This document shows, one piece after another, positions 28,722 through 40,338 of a DNA stretch of 64,000 bases; positions within the stretch are counted from its first letter, which is position 1, and every line of letters starts with the position of its first letter. The stretch spans positions 11,066,633 through 11,130,632 of the forward strand of contig OZ037769.1 in assembly GCA_964035545.1 (NCBI GenBank), given 5' to 3'. A program made the translations under genes and the position numbers. The notes beneath the pieces were generated by a model, which was given only the letters and a program-made list of their open reading frames with translations, was not told the origin of the DNA and did not search any database. This DNA is from Bugula neritina. Taxonomy: Eukaryota > Animalia > Bryozoa.

Positions 28722-31700
28722 ATAGTAGTAGTAGTAGTACTAGTAGTAGTGAGCGTTTAGTAGCTGGATACAACTCGCCTTCCTGGTCTCTACTTTGGCA
28801 CTGTGGCGCAACCCACCACCTCCTGGCTCGTTTCTCATTGATTGATTCGTCTTCCTCATCGTCATAAAATAACATATAAGCTGCAGCTGCTAAAATTTGT
28901 TGATCTTTTCTAGCCATTTCACGTGTGAAAAGAATGTATATTATAATAATGCCGATGTATGTTAACTCAGTTTACTATGCTAATGCACGTGAAACTAATC
29001 TTGAATTTTGCGCATGAACCTAAAAGAAAGTTGTATAGACTGAGAGCCATCCGCCAATAAAACGCAAGCAGAAAATTAACCCGGGAAATAAAAATTGCCT
29101 AGAAAATCAGTCGATTTTTCAATCAGCAATAGCGAAATCGAGAAGTACAAAATCGGCTGAAAAAATCAGCGTGTGTACATGTAGCTTAAGCTGGCAAAAT
29201 TTTACCAAACCTACATCCATTTGTTCGAAACATAATATTTTGCCTTTTTTATTATTATTAAGAGTTTAGACTATAATATAAGACCCACAGGGTTTCCCCT
29301 ACCTCTAGCTGGTTTCTTAGTTAAAGATGCCTGGTTATAAATTGGTGTTAAATAGACAGAGGCTATCTAAAATCTCTTAGTCTACCTTAGAGTGACTACA
29401 GATTATTACTTTAGAGCTTAGACACTAATTTCACATTTATCTACTAATCTGGCATGTTTCAAGTTCTAACTTATCTGTTATTTAGGAAGGGTCCTTTATC
29501 ATTGTTTCCATGATTTCTACTTCATAGAATTAAAGAATGTAGTACAAATATTATTGTCAGCTATATCATTCACTTTAGTATTGTAACTTATAGTTAATGA
29601 TTCATGAGACAGGCATCCATCAGTGAGGCAGTGGTAGTGTTGACTGGAGCTCCTCTATATCTCCATTCTTTACCTGCCATCTTTACATTTTTTGCATATT
29701 ATATTAATACAGCAATTCCAATATATCCTGATATAGAAATATCAACACGGACTATTAGAGCTAGGTGTAGTAATGAAAAGTTGAGAAGAAGCCTGTGGTA
29801 TAAATAAAAAGTTTAGCAAAAGAAGCTATGTTCTTGAAAAATGTCAGTGCTTCCCAAGTTAAAGTTATTATACCTTGAACCAGAGGGTACAAATAAGTTT
29901 TAACCTGTTGCAATTACATGTTTGCTGAAGTACTACAGTGCTATTGTCCCAAGATACATTTAATCCAAAGGAGTCAATGGCAATACAAATAGTTATGATG
30001 ATAGTTCAAATAATATGTGAATAATAATAATAATCAAAATGAATAATGGAATAATATTTAATGATATCGCCAAATAGAGTATCTATTGAAAGTGTCAGTT
30101 CCTGCTCTGCCCCTGCCTTCTCATACAGACATACACTTTCAAATGTTGAAAGCCAGGTTTAAAATAACCGCATGCACCATCAGGTAATTATAATATCTAC
30201 AGAAACATTATATTATGAACAGTAGCTGTAGCACTCTGGCAGCTTCACTCCCATCAGAGAGGCTGTTATCTTATCACTCCCAGTGTGTTCCATTACTGAG
30301 CACTTCAGTCTTATATCTCCCTGCTGCCTTGCCTATTACAAGTACTAATCAAATGCTACTAGATACTAATAAGGGGTCCTATCTGGTTAGTTCCTATTAC
30401 CACTGCATAGACGTACTACTAACTGGTAGTACTAGTAGTAGGCGGGTTACCATTTAGTGCTGATTGATGCTATATTTTTACAGCTTCAACTAAATCATGG
30501 GTTGTGAATTATTACAATATAATTGTGATGCTGCCAGCTGTAGTAATAGAGTTGGTTTTAAAGAGTATCATTGTCTACTCAGGGCAGCCAGTTATTGTTA
30601 GTTATTCCCCTTATTTTCTTAACTTCAAATTGAAGCCGATTGCATTCAAGACGTGATGTTGATATTGAAATCACAGCTTGTAATAATTTATCCTTGTGTG
30701 GAGCCTATTCATAGCTGTTAGCTGCCAATGAATTAGCCTTTTATAATTAACTATTTCAGATTAATTATTCATGCACTGGATTGTTTGCTTGTAGAAGATG
30801 TGTAACCATTTGCTCACACAATAACCATAGGCATCTTACAAGGTTTCAATTTTCATTTCGAAATATAGGCTTGGGGCATATATTATGGGGTTGACCCACA
30901 TTTTCCAAATCCACATGGGAGATACGAACCTCCTGTTATTGGCTTGATTACCAAGGTTCTTCTTCCATCGTGACTGAAACCCTTTCTATTCTTGTAGTTA
31001 GAGTAGATGTAGCAGTGGTAGTAGCTGCAGTAGTAATAGTCGTGCTAGTAACCAGTCATAGTAAGTTGAGTACTAAAGTGTTATTTTTGAGTTATCTTAT
31101 TACATCACCATCGAAAATCTTGGTCCAATAGTTATTGCATTTACCAAGTCTGGCTGGCGGGAGGGGGGACAGTCATCGCAGAGTGTTGCCAATCAATGCT
31201 GCTCTTGACCAATGCAAATGACTGGTTCAAGTCGGCTCATGGTTGAGACTAAGTTAGCCATGCAATGACTTGAGCGTCAAGTCTAGTTGGAGCTGAATGC
31301 CAAGTCACTGGGCAGCTGCATACTTACTTGTATTATTTTCAGAACACAGGTCATTATATTGATGTATTATTACACCAGAAATTTCTGACCTAGAGTACTA
31401 GTACCCCCCAGGGGGTTTTCAGAAAAATGACTAGGTTGCTTTGTCCATTACAATTTTTTTCCAGTTGTTAGATTATTATATGATTTTATCAGCTTACTAA
31501 ACCATATGAATTAATGTTATAATAATATAAAGCATTGGGGATATCAGGAGCAATAAAACGGGAGCATAGGCTAGCAAGGTTGAGGGAGCAGTCGTGGTCT
31601 AGGGAGTGTTTGCCTAGTAAGCACGAACTCATGGGTTCGAACCTAACAAAGGCCATTGGTGATGTTAGGAAGAGCATCCAGTCATAATTGCTTCTGTGTC

Positions 31701-34700
31701 TCATCTTAATAAGTCCTTAGCCCGATTTAATATAAACCCCTTCCATCAGGGGTTTTCTCACAGGGATAGGGACTATAAACTTGCACGAGTTTTATAGGTT
31801 AGAAAGGTTGAGGATCACTGGTTACATCTATTGTTAATAAACATGAAACTGAAATATACATTATTATCATAATATTATGTTAAAATACTTCTTTCAAGGT
31901 GTAGAGATTTGAAAGCCGGGCAGCCTTGTTATATATGTATAAGTATTTGATTGTAGTATAAGGTGAAATAGCACAGTGGTAACCTAGTAATATGATGGTT
32001 GTAATGGCAGGTCTAAAATTGATACTGGGTAATTAGATCTCTAATTACTGCTAAATCTACGAATAAATCACCCACCGAAATAAAGCTGTATAAAATATAC
32101 AGCTTGTTGTTTAGAAGCAATGTTTGAAATGCATATTTTATGTGTAAGTTTTACTGCAATCTGCTGTAGTCACAGTAGCTAAGTCTGTCTCAGCCCACAC
32201 TTGATGAAATACACTCTGAAAACATGGAGTTGATGAAGCAATTAATTTAAAAAAACCACCACATGATTCAAATGTATTGTATATAAATATGCAGTGGGAG
32301 TCTAAATTTGAGATCTATTCAATTTTCCAAAAATAAATAAAATGATTATTATCCATGTTTTGCTTGCTTAAATTTTAAAGATTTTGAGTTAGCAACTACA
32401 AGTCAATCAGTACCTAGCTCACTTAATTTCAACAGTGATTACAGTCAACAGTGACTGGAGTCAACAGTGACTATAAGAGTATGCAGTGACTAGAGTCAAT
32501 ATCACTTGAACCCAACTCTAGATTTGGGGGTATTGTGCAGGCAGGCAGCAGTTTTATTACGAGAAGTATTGGACTTATTATACTTGAAAATTTAGAGTTG
32601 TCCCGAGTATTGAGCTATCATAATGACATACCAAAGCCATTTTTAAAACATATCTTATATAATAGAAGCCCAGCCTTTGCTATAATACATACTCAGGTGC
32701 TAAATATATTATTATTACACATAACTAGTGCAAGCTATTATTACTCTGGGCGTGCTTGAGTAGAGCATTGTCGAAACCTAATCAGAGCAACTAGCGTTGG
32801 ATGGGCTGACATTTACAACTACTGTAACATTAGATACTTCAGTGGATAGTTTGTAGCAATTTCTATGACTGAAATGCACTGATATTGGACATCGGCTCAT
32901 GCAAGCAACCAAAATCTGTTGTTTATGTTACAATATGTTCTGGTGACAGCATTTTTTATTGAAAAGGATTTCAATATTTTTAAACCAATATGTAATATAT
33001 CTGTGTAACTTTTAAGCATTTCAAAGTTCACATTTCAGTATGATTATAGCAAGATAAGCAACTCTTCATTCACCCTAGGCAAACTCATAATAGAATATAA
33101 TATCTAGTCCAGTGGTGGTGCACCTACGAGAATACAGACATTCTGTACATAGCACATACTGTAGAATGTAGATAGTAGCTAATCACACCAACGTTGCTTT
33201 GTATTTATTGTTAATTAACTTTTTCATTAGGCAGCTGTTACTCACATTTTTTCTATTTATTTGATGTTGCAATCTTCTGACCTGGTAATTTATGGCTACA
33301 CCCAGGGCTAAGACTAGCTGCCATAGGCCAATACTTGGCATCACTGTAATATTCTACACTCCTGCTGTGGGATTCCTATACACCCCTACTGTAGGATTCC
33401 TATACACCCCTACTGTGGGACTGCTATACACCTCTGCTGTGGTATTCTCCAACCTCTCCCTTGACTAGTGATGTTTTACTTTATCAGATATACGTGGAGT
33501 GTTTGAGAGCAAAACATTCTACAGCATGAATGTACCAGACACTGTTTCAATCATATAGCAGCTGGCCTTCATCTTATTTCACTTACTAGTTAGCAACACT
33601 GGTTGTTTTCATGTAAAGTCAAGCCTAAACAAGTGTAGTGAGTGTAGTAGAGGGAGGTTTGACATTCTTACAACCTCTTTTCTTGGCTTGATTTCGTAAC
33701 CTCTTAACTTTCCCATTCAATATGATTGGGAATTTGCTGACTTCTAGTGTTTTAATACTAATTCCACTCTCATTGTTGACAGACTCAGACCCAGTCAATC
33801 AAGGACTCTCTGGTAATGAAGATGTTACTGGAAATACCGTCACCAAAGTCCAGCAAGATGGCGCTCTACCCATCACCTGCGTGGCTACCGAGCCATCTCC
33901 AGAGGAAATGACATCATCAACTTGTTCGGAGTCTAAAGAGAACAGCTCAAACCACAAAGTAAATGGTGCTACTACAAACAACACTGAGATAGCAGGAGTG
34001 GGTAATGGGGACACTTTACATGAGGGACATAACTCCGATACACCTCTCACACTCAGTGCAACACATAATATCAATTCAAATAATCGCATATCGTTTGCTG
34101 CTGAAGATGACAAAGACGTTGTGTGTAATGAATCTGTCAGCATTGAGTTAGTGGATTCAGGCAGCCCACAGCGAGGCGATGGTTCTCCCCTTCTCAATGG
34201 TCATGACTCAAAACTTAGTCTAGATTTAAATGCGACTCCTGCATCAGTGGACACAGTGGATAAGTCTATATGCCTCGCCAGTGATATGGAACAACTCAAG
34301 TTGCAACACAACACAAGCAAAACAAATAGTTTAAATGGAACTGTGCAAGATTCTCCATCAAAAAAGGTACTATATTTACTTCCTACCTACATTTAACACA
34401 TGCTTTTGTTAGTACAAAGAAGTAAGTAATATAGAATAAGTATAGTATAAAAGTAAGTATATGTGCAGCAGGATGAGTGAAGTATGTACTGCAGAGTAAT
34501 TATAATATTTATAACAGGGTAAGAGTAGTGTGTACTGCAGAGTAAGTATATGTATAACATAATAAGTATAGCATGTAGTAAAAGTATAAGTGCAGTCAGT
34601 ATCTACTTTGCATATATTTCTATGTAATAAGTTGGCTCTATTTTGTATTTTATGTAATTTAGAATTATTATTATTAAATGTAAAAATATATTTTGCCAAT

Positions 34701-36812
34701 CCCATATTTTTAGACTTCACAACTCTACTATAGTTATACTGTAGCCACTGTCTCTGTTTATGTACCATTGTATTAACACAGAATGGTGAGTTATACTGTA
34801 GCCACTGTCTCTGTTTATGTATCATTGTATTAACACAGAATGGGGAGTTATGCTGTAGCCACTGTCTCTGTTCATGTACCATTGTATTAACACAGAATGG
34901 GGAATGGTTTCTCAAAGTCACAGACAATGCTCAAGACAAGCTGCTAGAGTTGTGTGAAGTGGCCAGCCACCATCTGGAGGATGAGGGGATACCAGATGAG
35001 GGTGAGTCGTAGAGTCCTGCGTGTGTGCTGTGTGTGTGCTGTGTGTGTGCAATGTGTGTGCTGTGTGCAATGTGTGTGCTGTGTGTGTGTTGTGTGTGTG
35101 CAGTAGATTCCATGTGCTGCAGCTCAAGTGTAGAGAAGTTTGACATTACAAGTAGATATGAACCTCCCCCTGGGCTCAAGATAATGTGTAGACCATGTCT
35201 CTACCTCTTATATTATAAGATCAGCTGGTGGTTCAGTTGGGCAGTACAAAGGTGTTAAAATTTAACTTTTGTTGAAATTGTATTCCAAAATTCATTTGGG
35301 TCAGTCTCGGTTTCCATTGGAAAATTTTTATTCAGTGAAATTCTGGTTAAACAACTATGAAGATCAACTTTTATTGTGTCTTCAATTAAGAATTTGAATC
35401 ATAAAAATGGAAGGGAAATTACTGTGCCCTGGAAGGGACAACTCTACAGGAGTGGATCAGTATGCCAACAATGTGTTCATTGTGATGGTGTGTATGTAGT
35501 TCACTTACCTAGGGTTTGCAAAATATTCCATTCATGTGACCTGTTCCTACGAATTTGTAGCGAGTGGGCAAATCCGAGCGGCTATTGGCAAAGCACAGTT
35601 ATTGGTGAACAAGAAGTTTAAACAGTTCCGAGGATTGTGTGAAAAAAATCTGGTTAGTTGATATGACTTATCTTTTTCTTTCTGTACTGCTGTGATATAA
35701 GATTACAAGGTGGGTTTCTTGATGTATGGTAATCAAGGTATAGTACCACTTGGGTGTTGATGTGCAGTTGGTTGAGAGCACAACTCCAAACTGACTTCAC
35801 TTGCAAAGTACCAACACAGTTCATAGTCTATATATGCTACACTGTCTTTAGTCTGATATCCTTCTTTATAGACTCAGGGACCCGATGAGCCGTTCCCCAC
35901 TACGTCACAAGATTTAGCAGGCTTCTGGGACTTAGTATACATACAAGTTGAGCAATGTGAGAATAACTTTAGAGATATTCAGCTGCTGAAGTCTTCAGGC
36001 TGGGTGCCATCAGGAAATGCCCAGAGCTCTGATGTAGCTGTGGTGAGCATTTTATTGTACTGTAACAGCTGTGGTGCATTTTCTTCACTGCAGGAGTGTG
36101 AAAGCTCTATGTCGATATCAGCATTGTTTTTCAGTAGAGACTTATTTTAAGCAATTTTTGTTCAACTTAAAGTATCGCTATTTCTAAAACATGATGTTTG
36201 TATAAGCATTGCAGATGGCTAACTAGTTCTTTGAGATTATTTAGATTTTTAAAAATTTATATTTTCATAAATAACTTTTATCAAAGTATTTCCCAGTTTT
36301 CACTGGATTTGTTTTCTTTGCAACCACAAATATATTTACTATTATATCATGATTCTTGTATTGTTAGTTATTACCAGTTTACTCCATAAACAAACTTGTA
36401 CTATTTTGAATTACTGTTCTAGATAACCCCAAGAAAGCCGGTCACTCCGCGTGGAAACAAATCTTTTGAAGGTGCACTCAAATCAGGTACAATACCACCC
36501 AGTTCTAGCAGATTCGGGATAACTTGAAGTTGCTCCTGTAAAAATTGAATCAATTGTATAGTTTTGCCAGTTGTTGTATAAATTTGCTTTCTTACATGGA
36601 ACTTGTGTTTTCAATTCTAAATTTAGTTGCATGATCTTATACACAATACCTTGTGTTTAGAACCAAGAGTAAAGAACAAATCAGCAACTAAAGCTACCAG
36701 TGCTACTAAAGCGAGAGATGAAGCTCGAAAAAGGTTAATGGCTGCCAAAAAAGCAATGAAAGAGAGAAGAAACTCTGAGACGGATGATGTTATATACGTG
36801 TCATCTAGTTGA
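14129..36812 (+). CDS. Disks large-associated protein (DLGAP/GKAP/vulcan-like), long isoform ~658 aa
   Basis: Phase-consistent exons 14129-14236 (less certain), 16391-16530, 17552-17800, 18264-18574, 33783-34366, 34896-35001, 35561-35652, 35872-36042, 36423-36486, 36661-36812 (1977 nt). The GKAP/GH1 domain is clear: NGEWFLK..., GQIRAAIGKAQLLVNKKFKQFRGLCEKNL, PTTSQDLAGFWDLVYIQV, ARKRLMAAK. The low-complexity 5' exons are linked only by splice phase. Confidence 0.8.
17793..17930 (+). repeat. 23-bp minisatellite, 6 copies, each containing a splice-donor-like AAG|GT
   Basis: AGAAYAAG|GT recurs with GT at 17801, 17824, 17847, 17870, 17893 and 17916. Confidence 0.85.
18166..18260 (+). repeat. ~30-bp minisatellite x3 abutting a splice acceptor
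   Basis: CATTAYCTGGGGGTTTCATTCCACCCCTG repeated directly before the acceptor at 18263. Confidence 0.85.
18630..18947 (-). mobile_element. 5'-truncated RTE-clade LINE, 318 bp, 16-bp TSD
   Basis: Minus-strand RKRRLQWYGHVQRR...GKRKRGRPKRRW...AEDRERW is the typical RTE C-terminus. 9-bp tandem 3' tail (TTTCACACC)2. Exact TSD TAGTATATAGGTATAC at 18614-18629 and 18948-18963. Confidence 0.9.
23361..23430 (+). CDS. Probable alternative first coding exon of the DLGAP-like gene (MTLSGCFGFLKHTRKSKKRAVDG)
   Basis: AAAAATG start (an in-frame upstream ATG lies at 23346), 70-nt open frame, perfect donor GAG|GTAAGT. Phase 1 matches the acceptor at 33783, giving a ~412-aa isoform. Confidence 0.55.
24343..24570 (+). 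repeat. 59-bp tandem repeat x4 upstream of the MADF gene
   Basis: AGTTAGCTCCAAGACGGCCGTTTT... starts at 24343, 24402, 24461 and 24525. Confidence 0.9.
24622..26093 (+). pseudogene. Harbinger MADF/Myb-like DNA-binding protein gene (BESS-like C-terminus) with one in-frame TGA
   Basis: Exons 24622-24816, 24894-25022, 25122-25379, 25660-25794, 25887-26093, all phase 0. MADF motifs PALWD...YSNKDAKKRAW...RTYFAK and YPYYEQMLFL; DLWGDALVADLRQI. TGA at 24900-24902. 18-bp VTSPPP repeat at ~25232-25345. Confidence 0.8.
26238..28917 (-). CDS. Harbinger (HARBI1-like) DDE transposase, 6 exons, 432 aa, open frame
   Basis: Exons 28917-28779 (GC donor), 27799-27551, 27450-27275, 27186-27092, 26980-26703, 26599-26238 (1299 nt). 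Motifs YFRM, TLRFLATG, CIGSLDGKHI, NYKG, SDAGIW, VSDEAFPL, FNYRLSRARRIVENSFG; all three catalytic acidic residues present. Confidence 0.92.
28538..28750. repeat. Head-to-head (ACT)n/(AGT)n trinucleotide microsatellite
   Basis: (CTA)n-rich ~28539-28651 followed by (AGT)n ~28657-28750; the two halves are mutual reverse complements. Confidence 0.9.
31585..31789 (+). mobile_element. tRNA-derived SINE (copy 2)
   Basis: A-box-like TGGTCTAGGG, B-box GGTTCGAACC, core ATTGGTGATGTTAGGAAGAGCATCCAGTCATAATTGCT; homologous to 4544-4758. Confidence 0.75.
34733..34903 (+). repeat. 57-bp tandem repeat x3 spanning a splice acceptor
   Basis: ...TATTAACACAG|AATGG with the AG ending at 34781, 34838 and 34895. 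Confidence 0.9.
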
Positions 36813-37611
36813 CCATAGAATTTTTTTAGCTTGCGTTTATTCTTCCATAAGTGTCTAATTAATTGCTCAGTTAGAAGGACTAGTTGGCACATTCTATTAC
36901 ATATATAATTGACTTTGATGCTGGAGATTGCAGTTCGTCTGCTAATCGAATACCAGACGCAGCAGTTAAACTTACTGAGTGCAGACAACTCCAGTGGGCC
37001 AGATATCTTAACATAGAAAGCCAAGAAAATGTTTCGGCAGTATTCTGTCCATTTTCAGTTAGCCTTTTCAATTTACTGCTAAGTTTAAATCGTAGTTTCT
37101 CCTTAAATTATTTTGAGAATTTCCAATTTGCTTATCAACCATGCAGTAATTTTACATGTGTACACATTTTTGCAGTTAATTGGTATATTTCTTGAATACT
37201 ATTTTTCTTATCTGAGCAGCTTGAAAGATAGCCTTGCTATTTATTGGTTCCATTTAAACATTCAAAAATAAAGTGCATATTAATCAATCAGCACGAGTTC
37301 TTTCAACAAAGATGAGCACTAGTTTAGTTTAGCACCAGTATCTTAATGGGAAGATAACTGCAAGCATTTTGATAACTGTTTGCATGTAATCACTAAAAGT
37401 GGCATCAGTAAAAATGAAATGTGAAGAACTTGAATTATTGTTGATGTGAATAAATCATGAAGAAGCATAGATATGCGATAACTGAAGCAAAGTGTAGGCT
37501 GGGTAATATTTCGTTGATAGTGTGATCCTGTGTGCAATTTTGGAATGAAAAGTTAAAATAACAATTTGGTTTAGCCGCTCTATATTTTATTGTGAAAAAG
37601 TCGTGTACAGA

Positions 37612-40313
37612 TTAGGCAATAGATCCAGCATTGGAAGCTATCCTTGGCCACAGGTCAGCGCATTCTTTAGCAACAGGTCCAGTGATTGCAGATCCTGAAA
37701 TAAAATCATTGGCATTATACACCAGATATATTTTTTATGAGTACTCCAGCATAGCAAAATTGGTCCAAGGCGAATGACTCCTGTGGTCTGTAGTGTACAA
37801 TATAATATAAAAAAATAATGAAGACTTTGTACATCACTTTCCCCTGACCCTACTCTTCATTCCAAGACTTACCAAAGTCTAAACCATGTGAAACAAGTAA
37901 AATTTTACATCTATCCTTAGTTTCCGGTAATTTTGAAGCATTCAGAGCAACCATTAGTAAACAGCTATTGGTAAAAAAGTTACAAAAAGTGAGGAGACTG
38001 GGAGAAGAATCTGGTTTGTTTACAACCTGGAAATTTTGAGAAATTAAGTTGTGTTACTTAAGAGCTGCTGCTCAAGGCAAATTTGGATTTGATCTCTAAT
38101 AAAGAACGAAGTGTTAACTCTATGGTATAACTTGACTCCGAAGTAGCAGCTGGTTGAAGCTGTAGACTGCATTTAGAGTAGCTGAAGAGACTGCAATAAT
38201 TATAATAAAATTTGGTAACATCTTCCTACGTTTCCTCTTCATACTGCCAACTAAGCAATGTAGACTATTAAGCTTACATGAAATGCTTCTCATTATAATC
38301 ATTATAATACCTACAAAGTCTAACAACCCTCTCACTTAGCAAGCTCTATATAATGTTCATTTATAAACTACCTTTCATTTCTCCTTTGTTGTTGACAATC
38401 ACACCAGCATTATCTTCAAAATATACAAATACTCCTTGCTTCCTTCTTATGCATTTTCTCTGTCGGACCACAACAGCTGGCATTACTGTAAATAATAAAC
38501 TTTATTTGTTACCTGTGCAATTATGAATTGCACAGAGTTCACAACTTGTGGCCAAAAAGGCAGGGGGTAGATAAATTGCCATTCTTGCTGTGTGTGAAAC
38601 CTTTCTTTTGTACTTGAGCTATTTTACTTTCATAAACGTATTGAAACTATAACATCCAACTGTAGGGAAAAATTATAGTGCCCAGCTTCATTCACCGAGT
38701 TAGTCAAATTGTTAGTAGTTTTAAATTATGTTCCAAGTGTAACAATAAGATTTGACCAAATGACTAATTGGTGTTACGCAGAACAAATTAAAACAAAATA
38801 TCATAGCATGCTAGACCCTCCATTAGCTGCAGACATTCAGCAAAACTATGACTTAAATCATGAGGAAGAAACCAAAGATATAAAAAGCTAAGAATACCTT
38901 TTTTTCTAAGCTCTGGTTTTCCTTTTTTGACTGTAGCCAGAACCATGTCGCCAGAACCAGCAGCAGGGAGTCTGTTTAAACATGATTTGATACCAAAGAC
39001 TGCAATGATGTACAGGTTTTTGGCACCTGTAGAATGATGAAAACAACAACCCTGTCATAAAATTTGAAAATATAAGGTCAAATTTAACAGGTTTTAAGGT
39101 CTAAAAATATCTTGAATAACAATTATCCAACTAAAAAGGAGCTAAATAATTTATATGAATACCAGAATTGTCTGCACAGTTCATAACTGCACCAACTGGA
39201 AGACCCAGTGCAATTCGGAATTTTCCTCCAGCGGAACCTCCTCTTCCTGCAAACAAAGTATACTCATGATTGAATTTATATTTTCAGTTTTGTATTTTGT
39301 AATCAACTTTTAGTAGTAGAAATTCATAAATTACTTCTTTATTTAAAAACTGCTTGTCAGTATTAACAATCATTATTTCATGTTGATACTATAATTATAC
39401 GGAGCAAACGTTGCACATTTGTTAACTATATCAATTCTAGGCCAGGCCTAAGAGTAAGCACATTCAGAACAGTTTGAAATCTTATGTCGTTTAATTTTAT
39501 TGACAGTAAACTTAAGTGGTAGCCTATGGCTAAAAGTAAAACCTAAGTTTACTGGCTAAAAGTTAAACGGGTATCCAGTTTGACACAAAGTTAATAATTA
39601 TAATAATTGCCAGATTTATTCGATTTATAGGCAAGAGGATCATTGCTAAAATGAGTAGCAGCTTGATTTTAATCTATCTGTGTCACCAATTACATTTATT
39701 ATAAATCAAATGTGTTACAATCGCAAGCTATTTCACTTTTTGTTAGTTATTTAGTGATTTACATTAGTGTAACTGAATTTTAGCACAAATTTCAATGTGA
39801 ATATATGATCAATGAATCATAAAATCACTATCATAATGATAATTATCATGGGCCTACGAAATCTGTATCATTGAAGTATAACTAGTAGTAGTAGTACTAC
39901 AAATAATCAACAATTAGTATTACTTTTAGTATTAGTATTACTACTACTAGTACTAGTAGTATTTCTAATGGTACAACTCATAACTATAAGTATAAATGAA
40001 ACAGAATGACAAAAAGATATTATAATAAATTAAGAAAAACTATAATCATTATTTGATGTGAAATATTGAATCATTAAAAAGTATTAAAATTGCCATCACG
40101 ATGAAAAACTTGTACTTAAATTCTGTTCGTAGGTTGCAAATATCAAGTGAGTCAGTATTGTGGTTTTTATATGGATAAACTGCAAATAAGTTGATCTAAA
40201 AAGCTAGGAAACATATTCTAATTTTGTTTTTATACGATAAAAGTATACTTTATAATAAGATGGGTTTAAATAATGTGGATTATTATGATAGTAACCTCAC
40301 CTCTTTTAGACAT
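37612..40313 (-). CDS. RPL23: 60S ribosomal protein L23 (uL14), 140 aa
   Basis: Exons 40313-40301, 39246-39163, 39026-38898, 38485-38372, 37694-37612 (423 nt): [38 protein letters not shown]...[18 protein letters not shown] on the minus strand at 37586-37591. Confidence 0.97.
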
Positions 40314-40326
40314 CTTGAACGGCGAT

Positions 40327-40338
40327 AAAGAAAGGAAG
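40327..40338 (-). promoter_or_regulatory. TCT initiator / 5'TOP pyrimidine tract of RPL23
   Basis: Minus-strand CTTCCTTTCTTT 14-25 nt upstream of the ATG; typical of ribosomal protein gene starts. Confidence 0.75.

Larger units (their letters stand above)
23800..29186. mobile_element. PIF/Harbinger DNA transposon, full length (5387 bp)
   Basis: TAA at 23797-23799 and 29187-29189 (TSD); perfect 15-bp TIR AGCTACATGTACACA extending imperfectly to ~26 bp; convergent MADF and DDE transposase genes inside. Confidence 0.95.

Noticed and set aside
28513-28867. Poly-Leu/poly-Ser ORFs on both strands
   Set aside because: Read-through into the intronic trinucleotide repeat; only 28917-28779 is coding.
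31585-31660. Possible tRNA gene
   Set aside because: No convincing cloverleaf, and it continues into a repeat body shared with 4544-4758, so it is a SINE head.
33799-34197. 132-aa antisense ORF
   Set aside because: Shadow of the Ser/Thr/Asn-rich DLGAP exon; no independent features.
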